The notes beneath the pieces are model-generated. The model did no database searches. It saw only the letters and a program-made list of their open reading frames with translations, and was not told the DNA's origin. Positions 20,234 to 29,528 of a stretch of 32,000 nt of DNA are shown here, one piece after another. The position numbers and the translations under genes are program-made. The stretch is from Bacillus subtilis subsp. subtilis str. 168 (GTDB taxonomy: Bacteria > Bacillota > Bacilli > Bacillales > Bacillaceae), in NCBI RefSeq assembly GCF_000009045.1, contig NC_000964.3:750001-782000 (forward strand). The letters are read 5' to 3'. How positions within the stretch are numbered: position 1 is the first letter of the stretch; each line of letters begins with the position of its first letter.

Positions 20234-22096
20234 ATGAGAAGGAGCTGTCTGATGATTAGACGAAGGAAACGCATGTTTACCGCTGTTACGTTGCTGGTCT
20301 TGTTGGTGATGGGAACCTCTGTATGTCCTGTGAAAGCTGAAGGGGCAGCGCGGCAGATGGAAGCGCTGAACCGGGGGCTTGTAGCGGTCAAGACGGACGG
20401 GGGCATTTTTGTCAGCTGGCGGTTTCTTGGAACCGAAAACGCATCTGTTTTGTTCAATGTGTACAGAGACGGGCAAAAACTGAATGCTGCGCCTGTCAAA
20501 ACAACGAACTATGTGGATAAAAACGGTTCGGCGGGCTCAACGTATACGGTTCGGGCTGTTGTAAACGGTACCGAACAGCCGGCTTCTGAAAAAGCCTCCG
20601 TATGGGCGCAGCCGTATCATTCCGTCCCGCTGGATAAACCGGCTGGCGGCACGACGCCAAAGGGTGAATCTTACACGTACAGCGCTAATGACGCAAGTGT
20701 TGGCGATGTGGATGGTGACGGGCAATACGAGCTGATCCTGAAATGGGACCCGTCCAACTCAAAAGACAATTCACAGGATGGCTATACGGGTGACGTGCTG
20801 ATTGACGCGTATAAACTGGACGGCACAAAGTTATGGCGGATCAATCTCGGCAAAAACATCAGAGCGGGCGCGCACTACACCCAGTTTATGGTGTATGACC
20901 TTGATGGTGACGGAAAAGCAGAAGTGGCAATGAAAACGGCAGACGGGACAAAAGACGGCACGGGCAAAGTAATTGGAAATGCCAATGCAGATTACAGAAA
21001 TGAACAGGGGCGTGTGCTTTCAGGCCCTGAATATCTCACTGTGTTTCAAGGTTCAACCGGGAAAGAGCTTGTCACCGCAAATTTTGAACCGGCGCGCGGC
21101 AATGTGTCGGATTGGGGAGACAGCTACGGCAACCGTGTTGACCGTTTTCTCGCCGGCATTGCCTACCTTGATGGACAGCGGCCGAGCCTGATCATGACCA
21201 GAGGGTATTACGCTAAAACCATGCTAGTTGCCTATAACTTCAGGGACGGAAAGCTGTCAAAGCTTTGGACGCTGGACTCCTCAAAGTCAGGAAATGAAGC
21301 GTTTGCCGGACAGGGGAATCACAACCTGAGCATCGCGGACGTTGACGGGGATGGAAAAGATGAGATTATTTTCGGCTCAATGGCTGTTGATCATGACGGG
21401 AAAGGCATGTACTCGACCGGCTTAGGCCATGGGGATGCCCTCCATACAGGAGATCTTGATCCGGGCCGGCCGGGGCTTGAGGTGTTTCAAGTTCATGAGG
21501 ACAAAAATGCAAAATACGGCTTATCTTTCCGGGATGCTGCAACTGGAAAAATCCTTTGGGGCGTTTATGCCGGCAAGGATGTAGGCCGGGGAATGGCTGC
21601 TGATATTGACCCGCGTTATCCGGGACAGGAGGTGTGGGCAAACGGTTCTCTCTACTCAGCGAAAGGGGTCAAAATCGGAAGCGGGGTTCCGTCCTCGACC
21701 AACTTCGGCATCTGGTGGGACGGCGATCTGCTCCGGGAACAGCTGGACAGCAACCGAATTGATAAGTGGGATTATCAAAACGGCGTATCGAAAAATATGC
21801 TGACTGCATCAGGCGCAGCGGCTAACAACGGCACAAAAGCAACACCAACGCTTCAGGCTGATCTGCTCGGTGACTGGCGCGAGGAAGTGGTGTGGAGAAC
21901 GGAGGACAGCAGTGCTCTGCGCATTTACACGACGACCATTCCGACTGAGCACAGGCTGTATACGCTGATGCACGATCCGGTGTACCGGCTTGGCATCGCC
22001 TGGCAAAATATCGCCTATAACCAGCCGCCGCACACAAGCTTCTTTTTAGGAGACGGCATGGCGGAACAGCCAAAACCAAATATGTATACGCCTTAA
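20234..22096 (+). CDS. yesW: Secreted PL11 rhamnogalacturonan endolyase
   Basis: Signal peptide FTAVTLLVLLVMGTSVCPVKAEG, repeated VDGDG motifs, 620 aa. ATG 20252 (SD AAGGAG) is a plausible alternative start. Confidence 0.94.
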   Translation: MRRSCLMIRRRKRMFTAVTLLVLLVMGTSVCPVKAEGAARQMEALNRGLVAVKTDGGIFVSWRFLGTENASVLFNVYRDGQKLNAAPVKTTNYVDKNGSAGSTYTVRAVVNGTEQPASEKASVWAQPYHSVPLDKPAGGTTPKGESYTYSANDASVGDVDGDGQYELILKWDPSNSKDNSQDGYTGDVLIDAYKLDGTKLWRINLGKNIRAGAHYTQFMVYDLDGDGKAEVAMKTADGTKDGTGKVIGNANADYRNEQGRVLSGPEYLTVFQGSTGKELVTANFEPARGNVSDWGDSYGNRVDRFLAGIAYLDGQRPSLIMTRGYYAKTMLVAYNFRDGKLSKLWTLDSSKSGNEAFAGQGNHNLSIADVDGDGKDEIIFGSMAVDHDGKGMYSTGLGHGDALHTGDLDPGRPGLEVFQVHEDKNAKYGLSFRDAATGKILWGVYAGKDVGRGMAADIDPRYPGQEVWANGSLYSAKGVKIGSGVPSSTNFGIWWDGDLLREQLDSNRIDKWDYQNGVSKNMLTASGAAANNGTKATPTLQADLLGDWREEVVWRTEDSSALRIYTTTIPTEHRLYTLMHDPVYRLGIAWQNIAYNQPPHTSFFLGDGMAEQPKPNMYTP

Positions 22097-22109
22097 CTGA
22101 AAGGGGGAA

Positions 22110-22135
22110 GGAACGGGCTGCGCGCAGCCCGTTCC
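22110..22135. repeat. Perfect 26-bp inverted repeat in the yesW-yesX intergenic region
   Basis: GGAACGGGCTGCGCGCAGCCCGTTCC is its own reverse complement; not followed by a T-tract. Confidence 0.9.
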
Positions 22136-22141
22136 CATCAA

Positions 22142-23980
22142 ATGAAACCAAAAAAGAGGCAAATGGAATACCTGACCAGAGGTTTGATTGCGGTACAGAC
22201 AGAACAGGGCGTGTTTGTCAGCTGGCGTTTTCTCGGCACGGATCATGAGACGACGGCTTTTCACCTTTATCGGGATGGAAAGCGGATCACCCGCGATCCA
22301 ATCGCTGAAAGCACTAATTTTCTCGATCAAAACGGAACGGCTGACTCTGTTTATCAAGTGGCGGCTGTCAATAAAGGACGGGAAGAAAAGCTTTCCAAGA
22401 AAGCTCGTGTTTGGCAGGAAAATGTCCTGGAGGTTCCTCTTGCCAAACCGGAAGGCGGTGTGACGCCGGACGGAAAGCCGTACACTTACAGCGCCAATGA
22501 TGCCAGTGTCGGGGATATAGACGGGGATGGAGAATATGAAATGATCCTGAAGTGGGACCCGTCCAATTCAAAAGACAACGCTCATGACGGTTATACCGGG
22601 GAGGTGCTCATAGATGCCTATAAACTGGACGGCACCTTTTTGTGGCGCATCAACCTCGGCAGAAACATCAGAGCGGGTGCTCATTACACGCAATTTATGG
22701 TGTATGACCTTGACGGTGACGGAAAAGCAGAAATCGCCATGAAAACAGCTGACGGCACAACAGACGGGAAAGGACATATCATCGGTGATGAGCAGGCCGA
22801 TTTTAGAAACGAACAGGGCAGAATTTTGTCCGGTCCGGAATATTTGACCGTGTTTAAAGGAGAAACCGGTGAGGCGCTCACGACCGTGGAATATGAACCG
22901 CCCCGCGGCAAGCTGGAGGATTGGGGAGACGGCTATGGAAACCGGATGGACCGTTTTCTCGCCGGGACCGCTTATTTGGATGGGGAGCGGCCGAGCCTTG
23001 TTATGGCGCGCGGCTACTATACGAGAACCGTGCTCGTGGCATACGATTTCAGAAACGGAAGGCTCAAAAAACGATGGGTATTTGACTCCAACCAGCCGGG
23101 ACATGAAGCATACGCAGGACAGGGGAACCACAGCTTGAGCGTGGCGGACGTCGACGGAGACGGAAAGGATGAAATCATATACGGCGCAATGGCTGTCGAT
23201 CATGACGGAACCGGCCTGTACTCAACGGGCCTCGGGCACGGAGACGCGATGCATGTAGGGGATCTGGACCCGTCACGAAAAGGGCTTGAAGTGTTCCAGG
23301 TGCATGAGGACGCCACGAAGCCGTACGGACTGTCGCTGCGAGATGCCGGAACCGGTGAGATATTATGGGGCGTCCATGCTGGAACTGACGTTGGCCGGGG
23401 CATGGCGGCTCATATTGATCCAAGCTACAAAGGATCGCTCGTCTGGGGAATTGATCCGCCGGGCAATGATGGCATGTCGTACGGGCTTTTCACGAGCAAA
23501 GGCGAAAAAATCAGCGACAAAGCGCCCTCTTCAGCCAATTTCGCCATCTGGTGGGACGGTGATTTGGTCAGAGAACTGCTTGATCATGACTGGGACGGAA
23601 CGATCGGCAGGCCAAAGATTGAAAAATGGGATGCTGAAAACGGCTGTCTGAAGACGATATTTCAGCCGGCCGGCGTGTTGTCCAACAACGGCACGAAAGG
23701 AAACCCGGTTCTTCAGGCCAACCTGTTCGGAGACTGGCGGGAAGAAGTGATATGGAGAACGGAAGACAGCAGCGCGCTCCGTATCTATACAACAACACAT
23801 CTCACCCGCCACTGCTTTTACACGCTGATGCATGATCCGGTTTACAGGCTCGGCATCGCCTGGCAGAATACCGCCTACAACCAGCCGCCGCACACGAGCT
23901 TTTACCTCGGAACGGGAATGAAAAAACCGCCGAAGCCCGCCCTGTACATAGCGGGAAGCAAAGCGGAGGCGCCGCTGTAG
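22142..23980 (+). CDS. yesX: PL11 rhamnogalacturonan exolyase (cytoplasmic; no signal peptide)
   Basis: 612 aa, high similarity to yesW without the N-terminal signal peptide. ATG 22163 is an alternative start. Confidence 0.93.
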   Translation: MKPKKRQMEYLTRGLIAVQTEQGVFVSWRFLGTDHETTAFHLYRDGKRITRDPIAESTNFLDQNGTADSVYQVAAVNKGREEKLSKKARVWQENVLEVPLAKPEGGVTPDGKPYTYSANDASVGDIDGDGEYEMILKWDPSNSKDNAHDGYTGEVLIDAYKLDGTFLWRINLGRNIRAGAHYTQFMVYDLDGDGKAEIAMKTADGTTDGKGHIIGDEQADFRNEQGRILSGPEYLTVFKGETGEALTTVEYEPPRGKLEDWGDGYGNRMDRFLAGTAYLDGERPSLVMARGYYTRTVLVAYDFRNGRLKKRWVFDSNQPGHEAYAGQGNHSLSVADVDGDGKDEIIYGAMAVDHDGTGLYSTGLGHGDAMHVGDLDPSRKGLEVFQVHEDATKPYGLSLRDAGTGEILWGVHAGTDVGRGMAAHIDPSYKGSLVWGIDPPGNDGMSYGLFTSKGEKISDKAPSSANFAIWWDGDLVRELLDHDWDGTIGRPKIEKWDAENGCLKTIFQPAGVLSNNGTKGNPVLQANLFGDWREEVIWRTEDSSALRIYTTTHLTRHCFYTLMHDPVYRLGIAWQNTAYNQPPHTSFYLGTGMKKPPKPALYIAGSKAEAPL

Positions 23981-23996
23981 GAGGACTAAGGGATAA

Positions 23997-24116
23997 GACG
24001 CAAAGGCTGAACGCTACGCCAAGATGATTAGAGAACTGGCAGGACGAACCAATGCTCAAGCGCTGTACGCACCGGTTTTTTCAAGGGAAGAGCTATCCGT
24101 GATGGAAGCTGTATAA
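23997..24116 (+). pseudogene. Orphan open frame (39 codons, no start near the SD-like sequence); possible C-terminal gene remnant
   Basis: DAKAERYAKMIRELAGRTNAQALYAPVFSREELSVMEAV*; preceded by TAGGAGGA at 23979-23986. Internal ATG at 24024. Confidence 0.35.
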
Positions 24117-24137
24117 AAAACGAGGAGGAATGAAAAA

Positions 24138-24791
24138 ATGGCAAATCATATTTATCTTGCCGGCGATTCGACTGTTCAAACGTATGGAGACAGCACAAAT
24201 CAAGGGGGCTGGGGGCAGTTTCTCGGCTCGCATCTGCCGGAGCATATTCAAGTGATCAACAGAGCGATCGGGGGAAGAAGCTCGAAAACATTTGTGGAAG
24301 AGGGCAGGCTTCAGGCAATCCTCGATGTGATTGAGCCGGATGATTGGCTGTTCGTGCAGATGGGCCATAATGACGCGTCAAAAAATAAGCCGGAGCGCTA
24401 CACCGAGCCCTATACTACTTATAAACAATATTTAAAGCAGTATATCGCAGGCGCGCGGGAAAAAGGCGCCCATCCGCTTCTCATTACCCCCGTAGCCCGC
24501 TTTCATTACGAAAACGGCGTGTTTTTGAACGATTTTCCTGATTACTGCATTGCCATGAAGCAGACGGCCGCTGAGGAGAATGTCCAGCTCATTGATCTGA
24601 TGGAGAAAAGTCTCGCTTTCTTTACTGAGAAGGGCGAGGAAAAAGTGTACACCTATTTTATGATTTCAGAAGGGATTAACGATTACACGCATTTTACAAA
24701 AAAAGGCGCAAATGAAATGGCGAAACTTGTGGCAAAAGGCATAAAGGAGCTCGGCCTGCCATTGACAGAATCGATCATCAAAGAAAGGTGA
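24138..24791 (+). CDS. yesY: SGNH-family rhamnogalacturonan acetylesterase
   Basis: IYLAGDSTVQTYGDSTNQGGWGQFLGS...; SD GAGGAGGAA; paralogue of yesT. Confidence 0.92.
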   Translation: MANHIYLAGDSTVQTYGDSTNQGGWGQFLGSHLPEHIQVINRAIGGRSSKTFVEEGRLQAILDVIEPDDWLFVQMGHNDASKNKPERYTEPYTTYKQYLKQYIAGAREKGAHPLLITPVARFHYENGVFLNDFPDYCIAMKQTAAEENVQLIDLMEKSLAFFTEKGEEKVYTYFMISEGINDYTHFTKKGANEMAKLVAKGIKELGLPLTESIIKER

Positions 24792-24798
24792 AAATGTG

Positions 24799-26790
24799 AT
24801 GAGAAAACTGTATCATGGCGCTTGCTATTATCCGGAATTATGGGATGAAGAGACGATTCAGCAGGACATTGACATCATGCGTGAAGTTGGCGTAAATGTT
24901 GTGCGGATCGGCGAATTTGCCTGGTCAGTCATGGAACCTGAAGAAGGAAAAATTGACGTCGGTTTTTTCAAAGAAATCATCGCCCGGCTGTATGATAGCG
25001 GGATCGAAACGATTATGTGCACGCCGACGCCTACCCCGCCGATTTGGTTCTCACATGGCCGGCCCGAACGCATGCATGCCAATGAAAAAAGAGAGATCAT
25101 GGGGCATGGCTCCCGTCAGCATGCCTGTACGAACAACCCGTATTTCCGAAAAAAAGCCGCCATCATCACCACAGCCATCGCCAAGGAGCTTGGCCGGCTC
25201 CCGGGGCTGATCGGATGGCAGCTAGACAATGAGTTTAAATGCCATGTTGCAGAATGCATGTGTGAGACATGCTTGCGCCTATGGCATGACTGGCTCAAAA
25301 ATCGCTACGGGGTAATTGAGCGCTTGAATGAAGCTTGGGGAACCGATGTGTGGAGCGAGACCTATCAGACGTTTGAGCAAGTCCCGCAGCCGGGACCGGC
25401 CCCGTTTCTGCATCATGCCTCTCTACGCACTATGTATCAGCTGTTTTCGATGGAGATGATCGCTTCGTTTGCGGATGAACAGGCCAAAATCATCCGCTGC
25501 TATTCAGATGCGCCGATCACGCATAACGGATCAGTCATGTTCAGCGTGGACAATGAGCGAATGTTTCAGAATCTCGATTTTGCCTCCTATGACACGTACG
25601 CTTCGCAGGAAAACGCCTCTGCCTTTTTATTGAACTGTGATTTATGGAGAAATCTGAAACAAGGGCGCCCGTTTTGGATTTTGGAAACGAGTCCGTCGTA
25701 TGCCGCCTCGCTTGAAAGCTCCGCTTACCCGCACGCAGACGGGTATTTGCAGGCCGAAGCCGTATCGTCCTACGCCTTAGGGAGCCAGGGGTTTTGCTAC
25801 TGGCTATGGCGACAGCAGCGTTCAGGCAGCGAGATTTCCCACGGTTCGGTTCTCAGTGCCTGGGGCGAACCCACCATCGGCTATCAAAATGTGCTGGCGG
25901 TTGAGCGGGCAAGAAAGGAAATCGAGCCTATTATTCTATCGACTGAACCCGTTCAAGCCGAGGCGGCGATGACTTACTCTGACAGAGCAAAAGCATTTAT
26001 TAAAACTGAGCCTCACCGGGGACTCCGGCATCGTTCGCTTGTGACGCATTTTTATGAACGTATTCTCAACACGGGGATTCACCGTGACCTTATTCCGGAA
26101 GGCGCTCCACTGGACGGCTATCGCTTGCTGTTTACGCCATTTGTGCCGTATTTGTCTTCTGAATTTATCAAAAAAGCTTCGGCATTCGCTGAAGCGGGCG
26201 GCATCTGGATCACCGGGCCGCTGACAGGAGGACGCACATGCGAGCATACCATTCATACCGATTGCGGACTTGGCGAACTTGAGAAAACGTCAGGGATCAA
26301 AACACTTTTTACCTTTCCGATGAATGAGAACGTGAATACAGGAAAAGCGTTTGGCATCACGGCGCCGCTCGGACTGTGGAGCGCGGTGTTTGACACAGAG
26401 AGCGGAAACACCCTTGGCACGGTTGAAGCAGGACCGGGGGCGGGCCATGCTTTTCTGACGGAACGGAATTACGGCGAGGGGAAAATTGTCATGCTGGGCT
26501 CGCTTCCATCCGGGAAAGAAGGGGATGCGATGCTGGAAGCGCTCGTCAGGCATTATGCGGAGGAAGCTGTTATTTCCAGCCGGTCGGATGTGACACCCGG
26601 CACGATCGTTGCCCCGCGTATAGGCGAAAACGGCCTTGTGTGGATCGTTGTGAATATGGATGGAAAAGGCGGGAGCGTGACATTGCCGGAATCGGGAACG
26701 GATTTGTTGACGCACCGCTTGGAAAAGGCGGGGAGACTGGCGGTCGGACCGCATGAATACCGTGTGATTCAATTTGACAATCACAGCTGA
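24799..26790 (+). CDS. yesZ: GH42 beta-galactosidase
   Basis: MRKLYHGACYYPELWDEETIQQDIDIMREVGVNVVRIGEFAWSVMEPEEG and GWQLDNEF motif; 663 aa. Confidence 0.94.
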   Translation: MRKLYHGACYYPELWDEETIQQDIDIMREVGVNVVRIGEFAWSVMEPEEGKIDVGFFKEIIARLYDSGIETIMCTPTPTPPIWFSHGRPERMHANEKREIMGHGSRQHACTNNPYFRKKAAIITTAIAKELGRLPGLIGWQLDNEFKCHVAECMCETCLRLWHDWLKNRYGVIERLNEAWGTDVWSETYQTFEQVPQPGPAPFLHHASLRTMYQLFSMEMIASFADEQAKIIRCYSDAPITHNGSVMFSVDNERMFQNLDFASYDTYASQENASAFLLNCDLWRNLKQGRPFWILETSPSYAASLESSAYPHADGYLQAEAVSSYALGSQGFCYWLWRQQRSGSEISHGSVLSAWGEPTIGYQNVLAVERARKEIEPIILSTEPVQAEAAMTYSDRAKAFIKTEPHRGLRHRSLVTHFYERILNTGIHRDLIPEGAPLDGYRLLFTPFVPYLSSEFIKKASAFAEAGGIWITGPLTGGRTCEHTIHTDCGLGELEKTSGIKTLFTFPMNENVNTGKAFGITAPLGLWSAVFDTESGNTLGTVEAGPGAGHAFLTERNYGEGKIVMLGSLPSGKEGDAMLEALVRHYAEEAVISSRSDVTPGTIVAPRIGENGLVWIVVNMDGKGGSVTLPESGTDLLTHRLEKAGRLAVGPHEYRVIQFDNHS

Positions 26791-26816
26791 TTCTTTGTAT
26801 CGAATCAGCTTTTTTC
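26785..26816 (+). terminator. Intrinsic terminator between yesZ and yetA, with the yesZ stop codon in the stem
   Basis: AGCTGATTC tttgtatc GAATCAGCT TTTTTC. Confidence 0.8.
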
Positions 26817-26833
26817 TATGGAGGGAGAGACAG

Positions 26834-29407
26834 ATGAAAAAGATCAAATGGTTATCAGGACAGCCAAAGGTGACAAGCGGCGTGACGTGGGGCATGCCAT
26901 GGAAAAAAGGAGAATTAAAAAAAGGAGACCGTCTGGCGCTTATGAATGAAAACGCGGAAACGCGATATGTGCAAAGCGAACCGTCGGCCTATTGGCCGGA
27001 CGGGAGCATCAAGTGGACGAAGCACGCGGCGGTGTTTGGCGGTCAGGAAAACCAAAGCTTTACAGTGCACAAAAGAGAAGTGCCGCAGCCAACTGAATCG
27101 CTCAGCATTCTTGAGACAGAGCATGATATCCAAGTGGATACAGGAGCACTCGTTTGTACCATTCATAAAACAGGATCTGATTTCATTCAATCATTGCAGA
27201 TCAATGGAAAGCCGATCGCCGCAGGCGGGAGGCTCGTTGCGATAAGAGAAACGAGAAAAGAGTCAGCGGCGAAAATGGTTCTTTTGCATGAAAGGTCTGT
27301 CAGCTTTATCAAACGGGCGGCGATTGAGCAGAGTGGTCCTGTCAAAGCAGTAGTCAAAATCGAGGGAGTGCATGTGCTTCATAAAACGTATGAGGAATGG
27401 CTGCCGTTTGTCATCCGATTAACGTTTTATGCCGGGCTGTCTGAGATCGGCCTTGTGCACACGCAGCTGATTGACAGGAGCGGTAAACTAGAATTCGTTA
27501 AGGGGCTCGGCATCGAATTCGACCTTTTTTTGGAGGGAGAGCCGTACAACCGCCATTTCCGCTTTGCGGGAGAGAAAGGGATGTATAAAGAACCCGCCCA
27601 GCTGTTTGGCACACGTAAATTCAATGAACGATATCCGCTTTATGAAAAACAAATCAATGGCGAAATGCTGTCTCCAGATGAAGAGCATAAGGAATGGTTT
27701 GCACATGGCACACAGAATGCGGTTTGGGACGATGTCAAGATCGTGCAAGATTCCAGCGATCATTACAGCCTGTCAAAACGGACCGGAAAAGATTATGCGT
27801 GGGTTGGAATGCTGCATGGCAGCCGGGCGAAGGGGCTCTGCTATGCGGGCGGAAAAAATGGCGGTGTGGCTCTCGGCCTGCGGTATTTCTTTGAGAAATA
27901 TCCTTCAGCACTGGAAATCACAGGTCTTGCCGGCAGCCGCCCCAAAATGACTATCTGGCTTTGGCCTCCGGACGGCGAAGCGATGGATTTGCGGCATTAT
28001 ACAGGAAACACTCACGTGGCCAGCGCGTATGAAGGCTTTGATGAAATGCGCTCTGATCCGACAGGCATTGCGAACACAAATGAAATAAGCCTGGCGTGCT
28101 TTTCGCACATGCCGTCTGACGAAGTCCTCAATGCGCTGGCTGACAAATGGCAGGCGCCCCCGCTCATTGTATGCGAGCCGGACGTCTATTACGAATCAAA
28201 AGCACTCGGGGTATGGAGCATCATTGACACATCCCATCCGCTCAAAAAAGAGCTGGAAGAACAGCTTGATGCGGCCTTTCTGTTTTATAAAAAGGAAGTA
28301 GAGCAACGCAGATGGTACGGTTTTTGGCATTATGGCGATGTCATGCATACGTATGACCCGATCCGGCATATGTGGCGGTACGATCTCGGCGGATACGCAT
28401 GGCAAAACAATGAGCTCGTTCCGACCCTATGGCTGTGGCAGGCGTTTTTCCGCTCAGGCAGAGAGGATATCTTCCGAATGGCAGAAGCCATGACCCGCCA
28501 TACGAGTGAAACGGACAGCTTTCACCTCGGTGAATATGCCGGGCTTGGCTCACGGCATAATGTTGTGCACTGGGGATGCGGCTGCAAGGAAGCGAGAATC
28601 AGCATGGCCGGGCTTCATAAATTCTATTATTATCTGACGGGTGATGACCGGACGGGAGATCTTTTGACAGAAGTGAAGGATGCCGATTATGCCCTTGTCA
28701 AAACCGATCCGATGCGCGCTTTTTACGAGAAAGGCAAGCACCCGACTCACGCCAGAACGGGACCGGACTGGGCGGCGTTTTGCTCGAACTGGCTGGCGGA
28801 ATGGGAGCGGACCGAAAATTCGGAATATCTCAAAAAAATCGAAACGGGAATCAACTGTCTGAAGCGGCTGCCGCTCCGCTTATTATCTGGCCCGACATTT
28901 GAATATGATCCGGCGACCTCGATGCTTCATCATATGGGAGACGGCATTGCGGGCGGATATCATATGATCATTGCCTTCGGCGCGCCGCAAGTGTGGATGG
29001 AGCTGGCTGAGCTTCTTGATGACTGGGAATGGGAGGATATGCTGAGTGAATTCGGCGAATTTTACACACTCAGTGATGAGGAAAAACGAAAAAAAAGCGG
29101 AGGCGCTCTTCATGACGGGCATTTTCACTGGCCGATGTTCGCCGCCGGTATGACAGCCTACGCCGCAAGAAAAAAGCAAGATCCTCATCTCGCCGCCAAA
29201 GCGTGGAATCTTTTGCTAGAAGATAAGCTCAGCCATACGCCGCTTCCGATCAAACCGGAGCGCATCGAGACATGGACGCAGCTAGAGGAGCTTCCATGGG
29301 TGACAACGAACACTGTCTCTCAATGGTGTTTAAATGTCATAGCGGCGCTGGAACTGATCGGAGATTCCCTTCCGGCAAAAAAAGAAACATCGGGCAAAAA
29401 AGGATAA
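26834..29407 (+). CDS. yetA: Large conserved protein of the RG-I cluster (probable glycan-active enzyme)
   Basis: SD GGAGGGAGAG before ATG 26834; 857 aa MKKIKWLSGQPKVTSGVTWGMPWKKGEL... Confidence 0.9.
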   Translation: MKKIKWLSGQPKVTSGVTWGMPWKKGELKKGDRLALMNENAETRYVQSEPSAYWPDGSIKWTKHAAVFGGQENQSFTVHKREVPQPTESLSILETEHDIQVDTGALVCTIHKTGSDFIQSLQINGKPIAAGGRLVAIRETRKESAAKMVLLHERSVSFIKRAAIEQSGPVKAVVKIEGVHVLHKTYEEWLPFVIRLTFYAGLSEIGLVHTQLIDRSGKLEFVKGLGIEFDLFLEGEPYNRHFRFAGEKGMYKEPAQLFGTRKFNERYPLYEKQINGEMLSPDEEHKEWFAHGTQNAVWDDVKIVQDSSDHYSLSKRTGKDYAWVGMLHGSRAKGLCYAGGKNGGVALGLRYFFEKYPSALEITGLAGSRPKMTIWLWPPDGEAMDLRHYTGNTHVASAYEGFDEMRSDPTGIANTNEISLACFSHMPSDEVLNALADKWQAPPLIVCEPDVYYESKALGVWSIIDTSHPLKKELEEQLDAAFLFYKKEVEQRRWYGFWHYGDVMHTYDPIRHMWRYDLGGYAWQNNELVPTLWLWQAFFRSGREDIFRMAEAMTRHTSETDSFHLGEYAGLGSRHNVVHWGCGCKEARISMAGLHKFYYYLTGDDRTGDLLTEVKDADYALVKTDPMRAFYEKGKHPTHARTGPDWAAFCSNWLAEWERTENSEYLKKIETGINCLKRLPLRLLSGPTFEYDPATSMLHHMGDGIAGGYHMIIAFGAPQVWMELAELLDDWEWEDMLSEFGEFYTLSDEEKRKKSGGALHDGHFHWPMFAAGMTAYAARKKQDPHLAAKAWNLLLEDKLSHTPLPIKPERIETWTQLEELPWVTTNTVSQWCLNVIAALELIGDSLPAKKETSGKKG

Positions 29408-29448
29408 CAGCCGGAATTTCATAGGAGAAATGGTGCAAAAAATGAAGA

Positions 29449-29477
29449 TTGCAAGAATTTATGTAAGCGCTTTATAT
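29449..29477 (+). promoter_or_regulatory. Putative sigma-A promoter of lplA with an overlapping cre-like element
   Basis: TTGCAA - 17 bp - TTATAT; spacer contains TGTAAGCGCTTTAT (29462-29475). Confidence 0.6.
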
Positions 29478-29528
29478 TGAGAGGGGCAAAGGGGAAATGC
29501 AAATTGAAAAAAGGGGGACTTACGCAAC

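Noticed and set aside
22568-23203. 211-aa antisense ORF inside yesX
   Set aside because: Opposite a highly conserved PL11 gene; a similar mirror frame is expected from codon bias.
26290-26895. 201-aa antisense ORF over yesZ and the yetA start
   Set aside because: Fully opposite well-supported coding sequence, covers the terminator, and lacks a convincing RBS or family signature.
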